DNA from: Mytilus edulis
Lineage: Eukaryota
DNA: 64,000 nt
Assembly (NCBI RefSeq): GCF_963676685.1
Contig: NC_092347.1
Location: 26,288,001 to 26,352,000 of the forward strand
Direction of reading: 5' to 3'
Position 1 is the stretch's first letter. Every line of letters begins with the position of its first letter. The position numbers and the translations under genes were made by a program. Below, piece by piece: positions 50,501 through 63,600 of this stretch. The notes beneath the pieces were generated by a model that did not search any database, had not been told where the DNA came from, and saw only the letters and a program-made list of their open reading frames with translations.

Positions 50501-53500
50501 TTCTGGTCAATAATTACTAAGGAATCGTGTAGCATTTTGTCCTTACTTTAAAATTTCTGTCACGATCCCTACTTTGGTGGGTTAAATCTTTGGTCGCGTG
50601 TTACAGTTGAGCACTAAAATCAACACGAACAGTGTGGTATATATTCTGTAGAATTTTCATTTCCTCTAAAAAATGCAACAATTCAGTAGTGGAAACTATT
50701 TATTGCAAAATAAGGTCAGTTTGTATATTTCTACGTTACTTGTTTTACCTAAGGTCTTATAAGGGAATTTCTATTCATGTAAATGTATGTTAACTTTTCT
50801 GTATACCTTTCATTATTCCTGTTAGAAAAGAGTTTCAATCAATGTTTTTCAATACGATTCAATTATTATTTGTTACATGTATCTTTTCTGCAGAGCCTTC
50901 AATAAAACAAAAAGCACTTCTATTGAAAACAAATATCATCGAAGTCCCAACTTCTCTTTCCGCCCACTCGAATATATGATATAAAAAATGTAATTCGTTG
51001 AATTTTGGTACAGATTTGTATCAATTATATTTTCTTTTGTTTGAATTTTAACTAATCTGTCCTTTTTCAAAATCCCGATGAAAGTTTTTACTATCTACTT
51101 TAAATATTAATTTTGTTCTTATTTTTTTTCAATTTGGGAGGGAGAGGGGAACACAGAGGAATATCTCATTGTTTTTTTTTTAATTCTACATATGTAAATG
51201 CATGAGTCTTTTTTTATTTTTGATTTCCTTAACCTTTATTATTTCGATTTGATTCTGTCTTTTTTGTAATTTTTAACTCTGACTATTATAATATTTCAAT
51301 TTAACTTACTGTGAAAACGCCTAGAACAGTCATAACATTTTCCTGTGTGCAGTCTGTTAAAATATTGAAAGCAATCAACGTACTAAACCAGCGCTTACCC
51401 GAATTTTGCTATACTTTGGTCCTTTTTGATTTATCAGCTCTTGTAACGTTTGTAAAAGTTTTGGATTTTCAAACATTGGGCCTAGAGCATCACTGAAATC
51501 TTTAATTGTCGTATTGCACATCTGGCGCAATAAATTTGGTACCGTTAATATAATAATAAAAAATGGATAGATGAGAATCCCTTCTACCATTGAAAGATTA
51601 TGGATTGACCAAGGGATTCAAACCCTAAAAGAATATATATATATATTTATATTCACGGTTTTTAAGTCTTCAAACAAAGATGAGATAGGTATTGTTTACA
51701 AATCGGATATCAATACACATATACAAACAAAACAAAAATATTATGTTAACAACGATACTAAGCACACATTTTGAGTTGTGTCAAAACCTTCATGTCTGCA
51801 TATAACATTAGAATGAGTAGACCGTAAGTCTTTCCATATGTGGCACTTAATAATTTTGTGCTTTTAAATTAATTCTCTTTGGGCACTACAGCTGAACAAA
51901 AATATTATATCTAGACTCGGTTTTAGTGATATTTACTTGAGATGTAAATTTTAAAACTGATGGAATAGAGACATTTCAGAAACTATATGCCACTCTTTCC
52001 TTTTATGTCCGAGTTTTTACGACATAAAAAAATAGCATATTAGATTGTTCCTAAATCTTATTTTCGTTTACTAAAATATAAGTACATTCCAATAGCATCC
52101 AAACTATATATAGCTAGAATGCTAAGATCTACCGGCAATGATAAGAAGGCAGCACTTCTCACGAATATTGAAAGATCAGACATACATGTAGTTTTAATGC
52201 ATCTGTTGCAAAGTGAACAGTTAATTTTTAAGTTAGACAACATTAAAACTGGTTTGACCTTATAGTTTCATCACAATATACACAGTTTTATGAAATCTAA
52301 TGAAAAGTGTTGATTTTATGGAATTTTTCCATATGTATGTCTTTGAAGAAACATTTTCTTTTGTAGAAATAAGCGCGCGTCTGGCGTACAAATTTTTCAT
52401 ACTGGTATCTATATGATGAGCATTATCTATAGCACAAGAACAAAATAATTACAGAGAAGTTTTCGTAAAACCGGTATAGATATTTAGAGGTTACCATTGA
52501 GTTTCTTGGGCCAGGATGATTTTGGAAATGAATATTCTGTCTTGGTAATTAATGGAAAAAAATAACTTTGCCCAAGACAGGATGTAGCGGAACGTTCTGC
52601 TCAGCAAAATGCAGGAAATAATTGTGTGCAAATGTGAAAATAAATTTATAACGCACGAAATAAATAATCTGTGGAACTATGAATATTCCGTCCGCGTAAA
52701 ATCTCCCTACTCCTCCCCTATTAAAGGAGAATGTTCATGTGCCGAAAATTCCTATATATAATAAAAATTCAAATACATTCGAAAGTTGTTCAATTATACT
52801 AAAATTTTAATTCAAATATACTCGAAAGTTGAGACAAACTGTGAGGTTTGTGCGCAGGTTAACCTGCTTAAAATAACGCTGTACATTTTGCAGTCTTTGC
52901 ACCATACCAAGTTGTTGTTCGTTGTTTAGTGCTCGCCTTTTTTGTACGTCTGTAGTGGTTGATATGGTCTGTTGTATGCTGTTTAATATTCTTAGTAATT
53001 TCGGGTATACTTTTTAGAACTTCAAAACAAGAAAAAACTTTAAACTTTACAAAATTGATTTGAAAAAAAAACAACGGAAATTAAAGAATTATATTAGATT
53101 GGTGTTATGGTAACTCGTCAAAAGCGAAAGTTGTTTATACTTTTTGAACGAATGTGACTTAAGTCATATTAGGGTTAATGAAATTAATATTATATTTTAG
53201 TAATCTTTACATAATATGTATTTGCACTTAACTTGGACTCAACTATAGTTATAATTTCCCTTACTCGATTTTCATTTCTTTAACATTCTCTATGAAGAGA
53301 AAATATTGTTTTTCAGAAGCATCTAAGCTATATGAAATTTGCTACGAACAGGATGGTCTTTTTCCCTTATAAACAATTAACTATTTTTTACTACGGAATC
53401 TTATAAAGATATATTTTCTTCTTTTCCTTGTCGAATAATGACTACATTTTTTGATTGCAGGAGACAATTTGGGTGATTTACTAAGCTGTTAACGTTGTTG

Positions 53501-54989
53501 CAAAATTTAAAAAAAAAAGACTCTGCCGGAAAATTGACAGTCGCGTTATTTGTCTTTTATGAAATAAATCTTACTTTTTTTTAATAAAGAGGGCTTTGAA
53601 CGTGGCCGGCAAAAAAATCAAGACACAGTCTAAGACATCATAGGCGCTTGAAATGAAGTATTAACTTATTTATGAGGATAATACAAGTTGTTCTTTAGTC
53701 ATTTGCTCTTAGTCTACATGATCCTATAACGGAAACGTTTTTCATTTGCTATTTTTGAAATACGTTTTATATAATGTTCCCAAACTTTCGACGAGAAACA
53801 GTTGTCGCGCATTCTATGTATTGAGTTTATTTTGTATATTATTAAAATAACCATACCTCTTTTAAAATAAGAGCATAGTGTTTGACTTGTTGAAATGTCT
53901 GAATTTTTATTTTTAGTTAAATTTTGATGAAATCCTAAGATGGAATACTTGTAAAAGTAAATTTATGTAATTTAAAAAAAACTCTTTACACAAAAAACTC
54001 AAAAGGATGATGTAAAAACAATTAAAATATATATATCACCCCAACAAAGCTAAAGAAATATAAAAAAGATAGGAATGAAAGTACATTGTTTTAGGTTTTA
54101 GGTGCATACATAGGAGTGACACAATACATATCTTAATTTATTTTTGGAAATCCAAATGGAATGGTACCTTCTTTTTTGTTCATAATCATATGAAGAACTA
54201 GTTCAAATAATTATGAAGTCTTCATGTTGGTCTCTTGTGGACAGTTGTCTCATTTGCAATCATACCACATCTTCTTTTTTATATTGAAAGGCTATTTAAT
54301 GTTTTGCTTTGACACTGTCGCTGTAATGCGTCAAAGCAAAAAGCTTTCGTTTACTGTTAGCAATGTAAAAAAAAAAATAACAAGTAAAGTACGAGGAACT
54401 ATGCTCACTAATCCCAAACAATATGCAACAGACCGACACAATTTTGGAATTTTACAATGGAAATATATTGAGAACCAGCAGATTTTCGTCAAGAATCACC
54501 ACAGACATTTTTTAGAAGCTCATCTACTTTCCTGTCTCTCACTTGTTAGCATCGCTTGTTTGGGGTTATGCGTATTCTGTAATTTCTTACCCATTAAAAC
54601 CAAAATATCAAATCATTAACATTAAAGGAAAGATACTATTTTTTTCTATTCTAAACCTTACGCTTGGTACAGTGAGTTGTTCACCCTTTCTGTACATTCC
54701 TATTTGGAATAACATCACTAAAAGTCAGGATCAAGATTTAACTAAATTTTTCATGAATGATAAAAGCTAAAGATATAACAGGACTGTTTTCCCCCGATGA
54801 AATGAAGTAGTTTGAGGTTGTATTTTATCTTCCTTTTATTTCCTGAAAAATGAATATCAATTCAGAAAAAAATACAGTAGAACAAATACTAAATAAAAAG
54901 GAAACAAACTTGATTGTAATAAAAAGTGACTATTACCTGGGATCAATTTTTGACGATCTTGCTGATGGGGGTTTTGTCTGTCCGTCCAT
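38599..54989 (-). CDS. Divergent aryl hydrocarbon receptor-like bHLH-PAS transcription factor (715 aa, 10 coding exons)
   Basis: Exons 54989-54937, 47186-47029, 46328-46237, 45516-45427, 45013-44912, 43298-43218, 42062-41875, 41563-41457, 40555-40414, 39733-38599. All GT-AG and phase-consistent, total 2148 nt. bHLH SKRYRDKLRTEIKGLEGLIP...KLDSQTVFRLIISFFRLKMFF; PAS-A LDGFLLAAFADGTIVYSTDNVLQYLGFNQ and VHPED; SFICRMKCFNGTSAGYL; PAS-B FWSKHDM, YQFVHPED, WVWLHSRG; Q/P/S-rich tail. Confidence 0.88.
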
Positions 54990-55609
54990 ATTGTATTCCT
55001 TGAACAAAAACAACAGTTATTATTTTATCTTCGATTTTCACCTTAGCTAATTACTTATCGGAATTTTTATCCTTTGCTTGCGATAAGGAATTGTGATTTG
55101 GAAAATATTAGTCAAACAACAAATACAGAAAATTAGCTTTAATTTGTGGGTTTTAGTACCCCTCTCTAAACATTTATTTTCTAATCTAAATCCAAACTGA
55201 AGTGTTTGTTTGCTTATACACTATCCATCAAAAGTAAGAGAAAGGATTATAATTAAATAAACAATGACGGGTGCATTTATGTCTGTGTTCTTCCTGCATA
55301 ACATTTCGAATTTTGAAATTTTCCGACTAAACATTAGAAATTAGAAAAGGAACGGTTTTTTTTAATTTTTATTAGATTCATCAACTTATACAAAAAATAC
55401 AGTTCGGTTCTTTTCACCAAAAATTATGTATTTTTTTGTTTAAAACAGGGAACATATTTTTCGAAAAATATACTATTGTTTTGTTAAACAAAAGATAGAT
55501 TAACTTTAATACATGGTTTGACAATTTGTAGAAATTAGCATAAATTGTTTTAAAAATTTAGAAATTAGAATAAATTGTTTAAAAAATTCTTAAATAAAAT
55601 CCAACTTAC

Positions 55610-55815
55610 CTGTGAAGCATCCAAAGAGTCTGATAGATATCGATTCGTTTGAGTCAGGCGTTATCACAGTGACATATAAATATTGACTTTAGGAACACTT
55701 TCCTCGTGTCCGGGGGTGAGACGTCGCCAAAACCTCTCGTTATATCACCTGTCATCGCGATATTTCTAAAAGACATTAAAAGGTTTATGTCGTCACCAGA
55801 AACCAAATATATACC
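55610..55815 (-). promoter_or_regulatory. Probable non-coding first exon and TATA box of the AHR-like gene
   Basis: Strong donor CAG|gtaagt at exon edge 55610; TATATA on the minus strand near 55808-55813; acceptor ttgttcaag| at 54998 just upstream of the ATG. Confidence 0.5.
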
Positions 55816-57437
55816 TTGGTATCTTGTCTTCATTTTGAAAATTCCTCGTATTATTTTATACTTCTCTTCCGGTTATCTTCTATAATATTTTCCGGGAGGA
55901 TGCTAAAAGTGAGCATATGCACTGAACAACATTACATGTACAAAACACAATATATTATTGGGAAGTATTTTATCAGAAAAAGAATATTCCGTAGTATATT
56001 TTCTTCAGAATTTTGTTGTCTTTTCCCATTGTAAATATTTATAACAAATATAATTTTAAATTTTCTAAAAAAAATATTCTGCATTCAATATTAATTAGAA
56101 TGGTGCGATTTTATTTTTTAAAACACATATGAAAACAAAGAAATATTATGATAAGTGTATTGAAAAAAATCGTAAATATGTAGATATCAACAAATATTTC
56201 GGATAACAGATTTTGATATTTTTAATATTAGTATTATGTTAATTTATTCTAATATCTATGACGATTTTTACGAAAATCTCTATTAAATTTTGTTATAAGT
56301 GTTAATGCTTATTTCAGATTGACAGCCAGTTGGATAACTTGTGGAGTCTTACAAAAAAAAAGATGAGTTTAAGACAAAGATGACGGTAGTTTTGCGATGT
56401 TTCAGAAATTCAATTGAAAAATATCTACAAAAAGAACAACCCGTAGGAAGCACATGAGTCCAATGGATGGTAGTGTGATACATGATGGTTCCACCATGCA
56501 AATCCAAACTCAGTAAAAAAAAAGGTCACTACAGAAGATCATAAAAATACAGGCCCCCTATATGTCCGCGCAAACACGTCTCTCGTGCGCTAACCTTATT
56601 CGAGGAGTTTTTGTGTCATGAGCATAGCCCTGTAAATAAAGAGTCTACATATTAATAAGAACATATTAAACATCTCTTACGCAGAAAACTTAATGGAATT
56701 TTAAAGAGCTTTTAACAGACAAACAGATTATTAAATATTTACCTAAAATATGAAGTTAAGTACCCGATTTTGTACCAAGTTAAATTTAAAGATAAGATTA
56801 GCGGCTTTGTTTGTATCGTTTTAAGAAATAATATCTACACCAGAAAAACGATGAAAAGGAAGTAAAATAGCAGATGTCCACAAAATCCTTTATAAAGATC
56901 TTGCTTTATGTTGTTTACTATAAGACAGCATACATTCATCTTAAAGAAAAAAATCCTTTTAGAATATAAATTACGAATAAATGGTTTGCAATCACAGAAG
57001 ACTGTAGAAAGGGATTGTATTTTCATTCAAAAGAAAAGAAATTTTTACATTCCACTAAAACACAAAAGAAACAAACAAAAAGTTTGCAAAAAAAAAGTAG
57101 TATATTTAACATGAAAAATAGAACATATTTCAGATCCCATTAGCCATGCTAATAGAAATTTGGTACAACTGACATACAAACCTTTAACAGAAAACAGCAA
57201 TGTAGACAAGGCTCTATGTGTTCTTGTCAGCTATTTGTAGCCTCTGTACCTGTATACTTTTTATCTGCCATTTAGACCTATTACAGTAAAAAAATATAAA
57301 CGAGACTAAACATTGCACAACATTTGATATAAGCTCCATAGCATATAGTATTGCCCATTTTCAAGTAAATATTTTCATTTATTAAGTTAATTATAAATTT
57401 ATTTTTGTTTAAGTTCCTCAGAAAAGAATATTACAAC

Positions 57438-57473
57438 CAGAGACATATAATACAATTGTATTATATGTCTCTG
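57438..57473. mobile_element. 36-bp perfect palindrome with 7-bp TSD (P-element-like footprint)
   Basis: TTACAAC-CAGAGACATATAATACAATTGTATTATATGTCTCTG-TTACAAC. Confidence 0.75.
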
Positions 57474-58400
57474 TTACAACGTATTGTGCCTATATATGAA
57501 CACCCTCCTGAATTCAAAAAAATGTTGTATCAAAGTAACGCTCATCACATTTAATAACCAAAAACAATTATTAATGTGAAAGTATTTTGTTTTTTGAGAT
57601 TATTAGTTGTTCATAAACGACCTTTTTATAGCGCCATTAGCGAGAAGTTGGCCTTAAACATGTTATTGCAGTATTTTACGATATGAATAATTAGCTAAAG
57701 GGTATTATATTTAATAAAATTCAATAAAATGAATATCATACGTTGCTGAATAGCTTTGACGTGATGTTTGCAGATCCTTTATTTGACTTTTACATTTATT
57801 TTAATATAAAGTAATGTGCAAAATAATCTCGGTTTACAGAGAGATATCTCTATAACGGAAATATAAAAGGTTAAGGTTAAATGTTCTTATGCCCAATCCA
57901 CCTTTGGAATCACAAAAAGACAGTTATATTCTATTCTGCTTTATAAAAAAAAAACACTTTACAAGAGTTTTCGGACATCTGAAATATAAATAAAAAGAGT
58001 TGTATGAAAAGCATAGAGATGTGAGTTACATACAGCATCTTTATCCGACACAGTAAAACCAAAGTCAATCCATGTACTTCAACCGTAGGCAGGTGCCTTT
58101 TCGGCATGCTGAAGCTGATTCGTAGAGAATTTTTTCATAAATAAATCTAACAAAGACTTTCCAAGATATGCAATCAACTCAAATTTCCAAAAAAGACAAA
58201 TATTAAGATACGACAAAAGACGAACACTGAATAAGTTCCTGGCTAGGGACAGGCACATGAACATATCCATAGTTTATCGAAGGATTAGCCCTACCTATTT
58301 TGAACTCGATCAATAATAAAAAAGACAAACGGCGCATTAAAAGAACACCCTATAAACTTAGTAAAGGAAAGGCTCGTTGCTCTTTGTTAGATATTCATAT

Positions 58401-58572
58401 CCCCGATCTGTGTCAGATCCTCAATTTAACGCAAGTGGTCTGTGTCAGATCGTCATGTCCCCGATCTGTGTCAGATCCTCAATTTAACGCAAGTGGTCTG
58501 TGTCAGATCGTCATGTCCCCGATCTGTGTCAGATCCTCAATTTAACGCAAGTGGTCTGTGTCAGATCGTCAT
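58401..58572. repeat. 58-bp tandem repeat x3
   Basis: CCCCGATCTGTGTCAGATCCTCAATTTAACGCAAGTGGTCTGTGTCAGATCGTCATGT at 58401, 58459 and 58517. Confidence 0.93.
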
Positions 58573-58624
58573 TGTAATTCGTAGTACACAAAGTGTGAAT
58601 ATAGCAAGGTGCTTTATAATGCCA

Positions 58625-59590
58625 GATAATCATGGTTATGAGTAGTGTACTGTGTCGATCATCAAGGTTTGTAGTAGTGTACTGTGTCAGATCATCATGG
58701 TTATGTGTAGTGTACTGTGTCGATCATCAAGGTTTGGTGTAGTGTACAGTGTCAGATCATTATGGTTATGTGTAGTGTACTGTGTCGATAATCAAGGTTT
58801 GGTGAAGTGTTCTGTGTCAGATCATCATGGTTATGTGTAGTGTATTGTGTCGATCATTAAGGTTTGGTGTAATGTACTGTGTCGATCATCAAGGTTTGGT
58901 GTAGTGTACAGTGTCAGATCATCATGGTTATGTGTAGTGTATTCTGTCAGATCATTATACTTATGTGTAATGTACTGTGTGAGATCATCATTGTTATGTG
59001 TGGTGTTCTGTGTCAGATCATTATGGTTATGTGTAGTTTATTCTGTTAGATCAGCTTGGAAATGTGTGGTGTACTAAATCATTTCATCATAGTTTTGTGT
59101 GCTGTACTGTGTCAGATCATCATGGTTATGTGTAGCGTACTGTGTCAGATCATCATGGTTATGTGTAGTGTAGTGTGTCAGATCATCATGGTTATGTGTA
59201 GCGTACTGTGTCAGATCATCATCATGGTTATGTGTAGCGTACTGCGTCAGATCATCAGGGTTATGTGTGGTGTACTAAATAATTTCATCATGGTTTTGTG
59301 TGCTGTAATGTGTCAGATCATCATTGTTATGTGTAGCGTACTGTGTCAGATCATCATGGTTAATTATGTGTAGTGTTGTGCGTTAGATCATCATGGTTAT
59401 GTGTAGTGTACTCTTCCAGATCATCATGGTTATGTGTAGTGTACTCTTCCAGATCATCATGGTTATGTGTAGTGTACTCTGTCAGATCATCATGGTTATG
59501 TTTAGTGTACTCTGTCAGATCATCATGGTTATGTTTAGTGTACTCTGTCAGATCAGCTTGTGCATGATGTATAGTGTACTATGTTGTATC
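58625..59590. repeat. ~33-bp minisatellite (GTGTAGTGTACTGTGTCAGATCATCATGGTTAT)n
   Basis: Direct inspection; explains the CQIIMVMCSVL ORFs. Confidence 0.95.
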
Positions 59591-60387
59591 ATTAAAACTT
59601 CCAATTTTTTTTTTTTCGTTTTTTTTAGTCCCTCTGACTTTTTAAAGCTATTAACATTTTTTATATGCAAATATCAATTTTATCCTGCTAAAACTGTTTT
59701 AAGCACCAAACACTGTTTGAAATATCAGGTGGATAACTTATTCAACAAAATAGATGAAATAATGTTTTAAAAGACCTCTTCTTGAACATGTTTACGCAAG
59801 TGGTCAGTGGGCGAACGTGGCTTCATGTCTACACATTGATGTAAAGCTGCATATTTTCTTCAGGTTACCGTCTCATTGTTATGTAAAGGTGGACAAAAAT
59901 TGTGAAGAGTTGAATTTTTATTAAATGTCAGCAGTGTACATTAGTTTTATATTTGCGATCGACAAGTAGTGATGTTTGTGCAAAATTATGTCAATACGCG
60001 ATGATAAATTTATTTTATAAATTAAAAGACAAACATTTCGTCTTGAGGGTAAAGTATTTTGTAAATTTCCACTTGAGATAAGAGAGAATAAATTCAAGAG
60101 GCAATTTTAGGAACTGGAGCCATCACATTAATTTTATGGAAAAGACTTAATACAAATACACACAAGATGATAACATTATTGAATCATCAATGAACGGACA
60201 ACTTCTAATTTGACAAAAAAAATCAACTGATCCAAAACATAAAAATGTGTAAAACGAATTTGACTAGTTTCTTTTAAGTGTAAATGCTGTAAATAATATA
60301 GAATAGTATATTTAATTGTGTAAACATTGAAAATAACATAGTAGCCTCCGTGGTTCACTAAGTTAATAACATGGCATCCTTCATGTC

Positions 60388-60770
60388 AAGAAATCAGGGT
60401 AAATACGGCATATACCATAGCACCCAACATGGAAAGAAATCGGGGTAAACACGTTAAATAACATAGTACCTAGCATGGTAAAAAATCAGGGTAAACACGA
60501 TAAATAACATAGTACCTAGCATGATAAGAAATCAGGGTAAACACGATAAAAACATAGCACCTAGCATGGTAAGAAATCAGGGTACACACGGTAAATAACA
60601 TAACACGATGTATATATAGTAAGAAATCAGGATAAACATGATAAATAACGTTGCATCAAGCATCGTAAAAATAATGGTAAACACGGCATATACATAACAC
60701 GTAGCATGGTACGAAACCAGGATAAACAAAGTAAAATGGTAAAACAATTTACATGGTAAGAAATCCGAGT
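60388..60770. repeat. ~46-bp degenerate tandem repeat
   Basis: AAGAAATCAGGGTAAACACGATAAATAACATAGTACCTAGCATGGT, about 8 copies. An unrelated 46-bp duplication follows at 60782-60875. Confidence 0.88.
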
Positions 60771-62895
60771 TGAATGGGAAATTACAAAATATCAATCTCC
60801 GTCGGTCATTTCAACGGTTTTGTGAAGTTACAAAATATCAATCTCCTTCGGTCATTTCAACGGTTTTGTGAAGTTTATTAACCATTTTGTATTTGTTACT
60901 TCCACAGGTTTTTTTTTAAAATAAAACACTAAAGTCTTCAATGTATAATTGTTACCAATAATTCTGTACCGCTTAAATTGAAATGCAGTCCTGGTTGTCT
61001 GGTACTTTCAGTGGTCAGTGCTTCGTTATTAGCATGATTTAGATTTTGTCTTTTGATTGTAGTCTTCCAGTTAATAAGAATTTTATAGTTGGGTTAAAAT
61101 TTAGGTTGTAATTGTCACAAAAATAATGCCCACGCTGCAAAAATGCAAGTTATAATAACCATTCTATGAAAAACAGACTTTACAAAGGTTTATCAAAGCT
61201 AAGATCGAATATGAAAATGTTGTGTATATACATAAATAAGTACATTATGTTTTTAAAACTTAACATTAGACCATTTACAACTATCAGGTTATATATCTAT
61301 TAAATGTTTATATTTCTTCAGAATTTATTTAGTGTCGTTATTATCTGAAAACATTATGATAAATGTCCATGTTTACACCATCAGGACGTTTGACACACTC
61401 GTTTAAAATACAAACCTTCCCATTATAAATGATCTGTTGATAATTTAAATTGTAGAAAGCCTTTCTTTAACAAAAATGTTTTCAACTAGAGGCTCTCTGT
61501 CTTGCATCGTCGTTCACCTCGCTATACTTTAGTTAATTCGCTTGTGTTTCTTTCCATAGGATTTTGAGTATTGATTCGACCATTTAAAAGGTTAACTACT
61601 TTTTATCGCCTGAAATCACAAAATGTATAAGAAAATTTTAATATGTATACTAGATTTAATGTTGACCTTGATATGATCTGATATGGCAATCTATGGAAAA
61701 TATTGCCTCCAAATCTATTTCAACTAATTTTCACAACATAGCAGATGAAAAATATCAAATAAAAAAAAGAGAATATACCATAAAAACGCAAACAAAGCCC
61801 TTGTCATATATCTGTAAAAGAAGGGGCATAATAATTTTTTTAATGACTATCTTTTTTGTATAAAAAGAAGATGCAGTAGAGAAAAATATTGAAATAAAGA
61901 ACAATGTTATGCAAAAAAAAAAATAGAACTTAATTTAATATTTTCTTGTACCCTTATGTTGTTGATACGCCGGGCGATTTATTTATTATAATGATCGTTA
62001 GGATATCAAGAATAATAAGCAGCAAATAAAATTACATAAGAGGTATTTGATCGTATTTGGTTTGTTATATGATCCTGGTAGTGAGAGGCTGAACATCATG
62101 GCATACCTAGCTGTATAGGTCAGTTTTATAAATAGATACAGTAGTTAACCGACAGTAGATAAAGATGGACATTTGGTAGTAAGAGATAAAAAAAACAACC
62201 GAAAAACTTACATTTTATCAATTTACATCACTGAATAAAGTGAACCATACATCAGTACGGGGTAGCACTTTGTATATTCATTCTGAGAAATGAAAACAAA
62301 ACACCGATCATCTGACCCATGCAGGGGAGGGTCCAGGATTTTAAGTTAGGGGGCGCAAGCTTAATTTTCGCGGAGCGAGGCGAAACATTTTTTTAGGTAA
62401 AATTATCGAAATATTCTTTTTAAGCTGAGGACATTTAATGCTTTGCAAATTTTAGGGGGCGCATGTCCAAAACGCCCCGCCAGAAGCTGCCCTTGTCAGA
62501 CCATTGAAATGCAACGATAATAAAACAGTTATTTTTACATTGGAGACTACGTAAACGATCTGAGCTTCTACACAGTCATATTAAATTACATGCGGCGGAA
62601 AAATACTTAAATACCCCAATTCTACCAAGGATTTGTATAGTCAGAAGGCTTACTATACAAATGATTGATGCTTCATTCTTTCAAATGCATCAACTAGCTC
62701 CTTTGGGAAAAAAAACGCATGCTATCATCTATAGAAAGTGTAGATTTCTGTAATTGACACTTTGTGGAACAGGCACCATTTTAGGACCGAAAGAAGTAGT
62801 TCGGAATTCTCAAGCTTCAGATAATTTGTTTGTTGAAGTAGGCCGTTATCATGGAGTAAATAGGTTAGATAGAATTTAAGTGTACTCTTTGTACT

Positions 62896-63218
62896 TTGAA
62901 TATCACTGAAGATGAATTTCATTTTGTTTTACAATGTGAATGCTATAGAGACTTAAGGAGACAGTTTATTAAACCTTATTATTATAGACGTCCATCGTTG
63001 TTCAAATTAGTGCAACTTCTCAGCACTGAAAATGTAAAAGATTTGCGTAATTTGTTTAAACTCTTGTTTAATGCACTTAATCATAGGACCGAACTGTTAT
63101 TGGCCAATACTTGATATTTATTTGCTTCTCTGATGTATTATGTCATGTTGTGCTATAGAAATATATTTGTATTTATTGCACTGATAAGCATAATGTGCAA
63201 TAAAGAATTGAATTGAGA
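62896..63218 (+). mobile_element. 3' terminal fragment of a non-LTR retrotransposon
   Basis: EDEFHFVLQCECYRDLR is the typical ORF2 C-terminal zinc-knuckle end; short 3' UTR with AATAAA followed by a (GAATT)n tail near 63200-63217. Confidence 0.8.
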
Positions 63219-63459
63219 TGACAATATAATAGATCTGAATGTCTGTGTTCTGCTTGCAGATAAGATTATCGTTGAATTTTAATTATTTTTGCCATGCGCA
63301 TTTTTGGATTTTATTTTGCCGGACAGTCGGAGACAAGAGACTGTGAATTATCAAATAATAGTTGTGATTAATAAAATTCTTGACACAACAAAGCAAGACA
63401 AAATCATTATTTTATAAAGGAAAACAATAATAGTTTCCGGAATGAGAAACGTGTCAATG

Positions 63460-63500
63460 CGGAAGCCAATGTGCAGATTACACGTACTTCCGGTAATGGC
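63460..63500 (+). promoter_or_regulatory. Housekeeping-type promoter with ETS sites
   Basis: GCGGAAG near 63459, CCAAT near 63466, ACTTCCGG at 63486-63493, just upstream of the WDR75 start. Confidence 0.55.
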
Positions 63501-63517
63501 TGCGCCCATTCGAAAAC

Positions 63518-63600
63518 ATGCCTGAAAGTAAAATTGAGATTTCTGCTGTTTCGGGCGCTAGCCTCGTTAAAACAAGACCTGTGTTTGGGCCAGATTCAAA
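63518..63600 (+). CDS. WDR75: WD repeat-containing protein 75 (UTP17), first coding exon; gene continues off the right edge
   Basis: MPESKIEISAVSGASLVKTRPVFGPDSK then donor AA|gtaaac; resembles the WDR75 N-terminus (..GGSELNFRRAVFSADSK). Only 28 codons visible. Confidence 0.65.

Noticed and set aside
47460-54770. Numerous 60-140 aa ORFs in the long first coding intron of the AHR-like gene
   Set aside because: AT-rich, low-complexity or repeat-derived; no domains, and not needed for the phase-consistent gene model.
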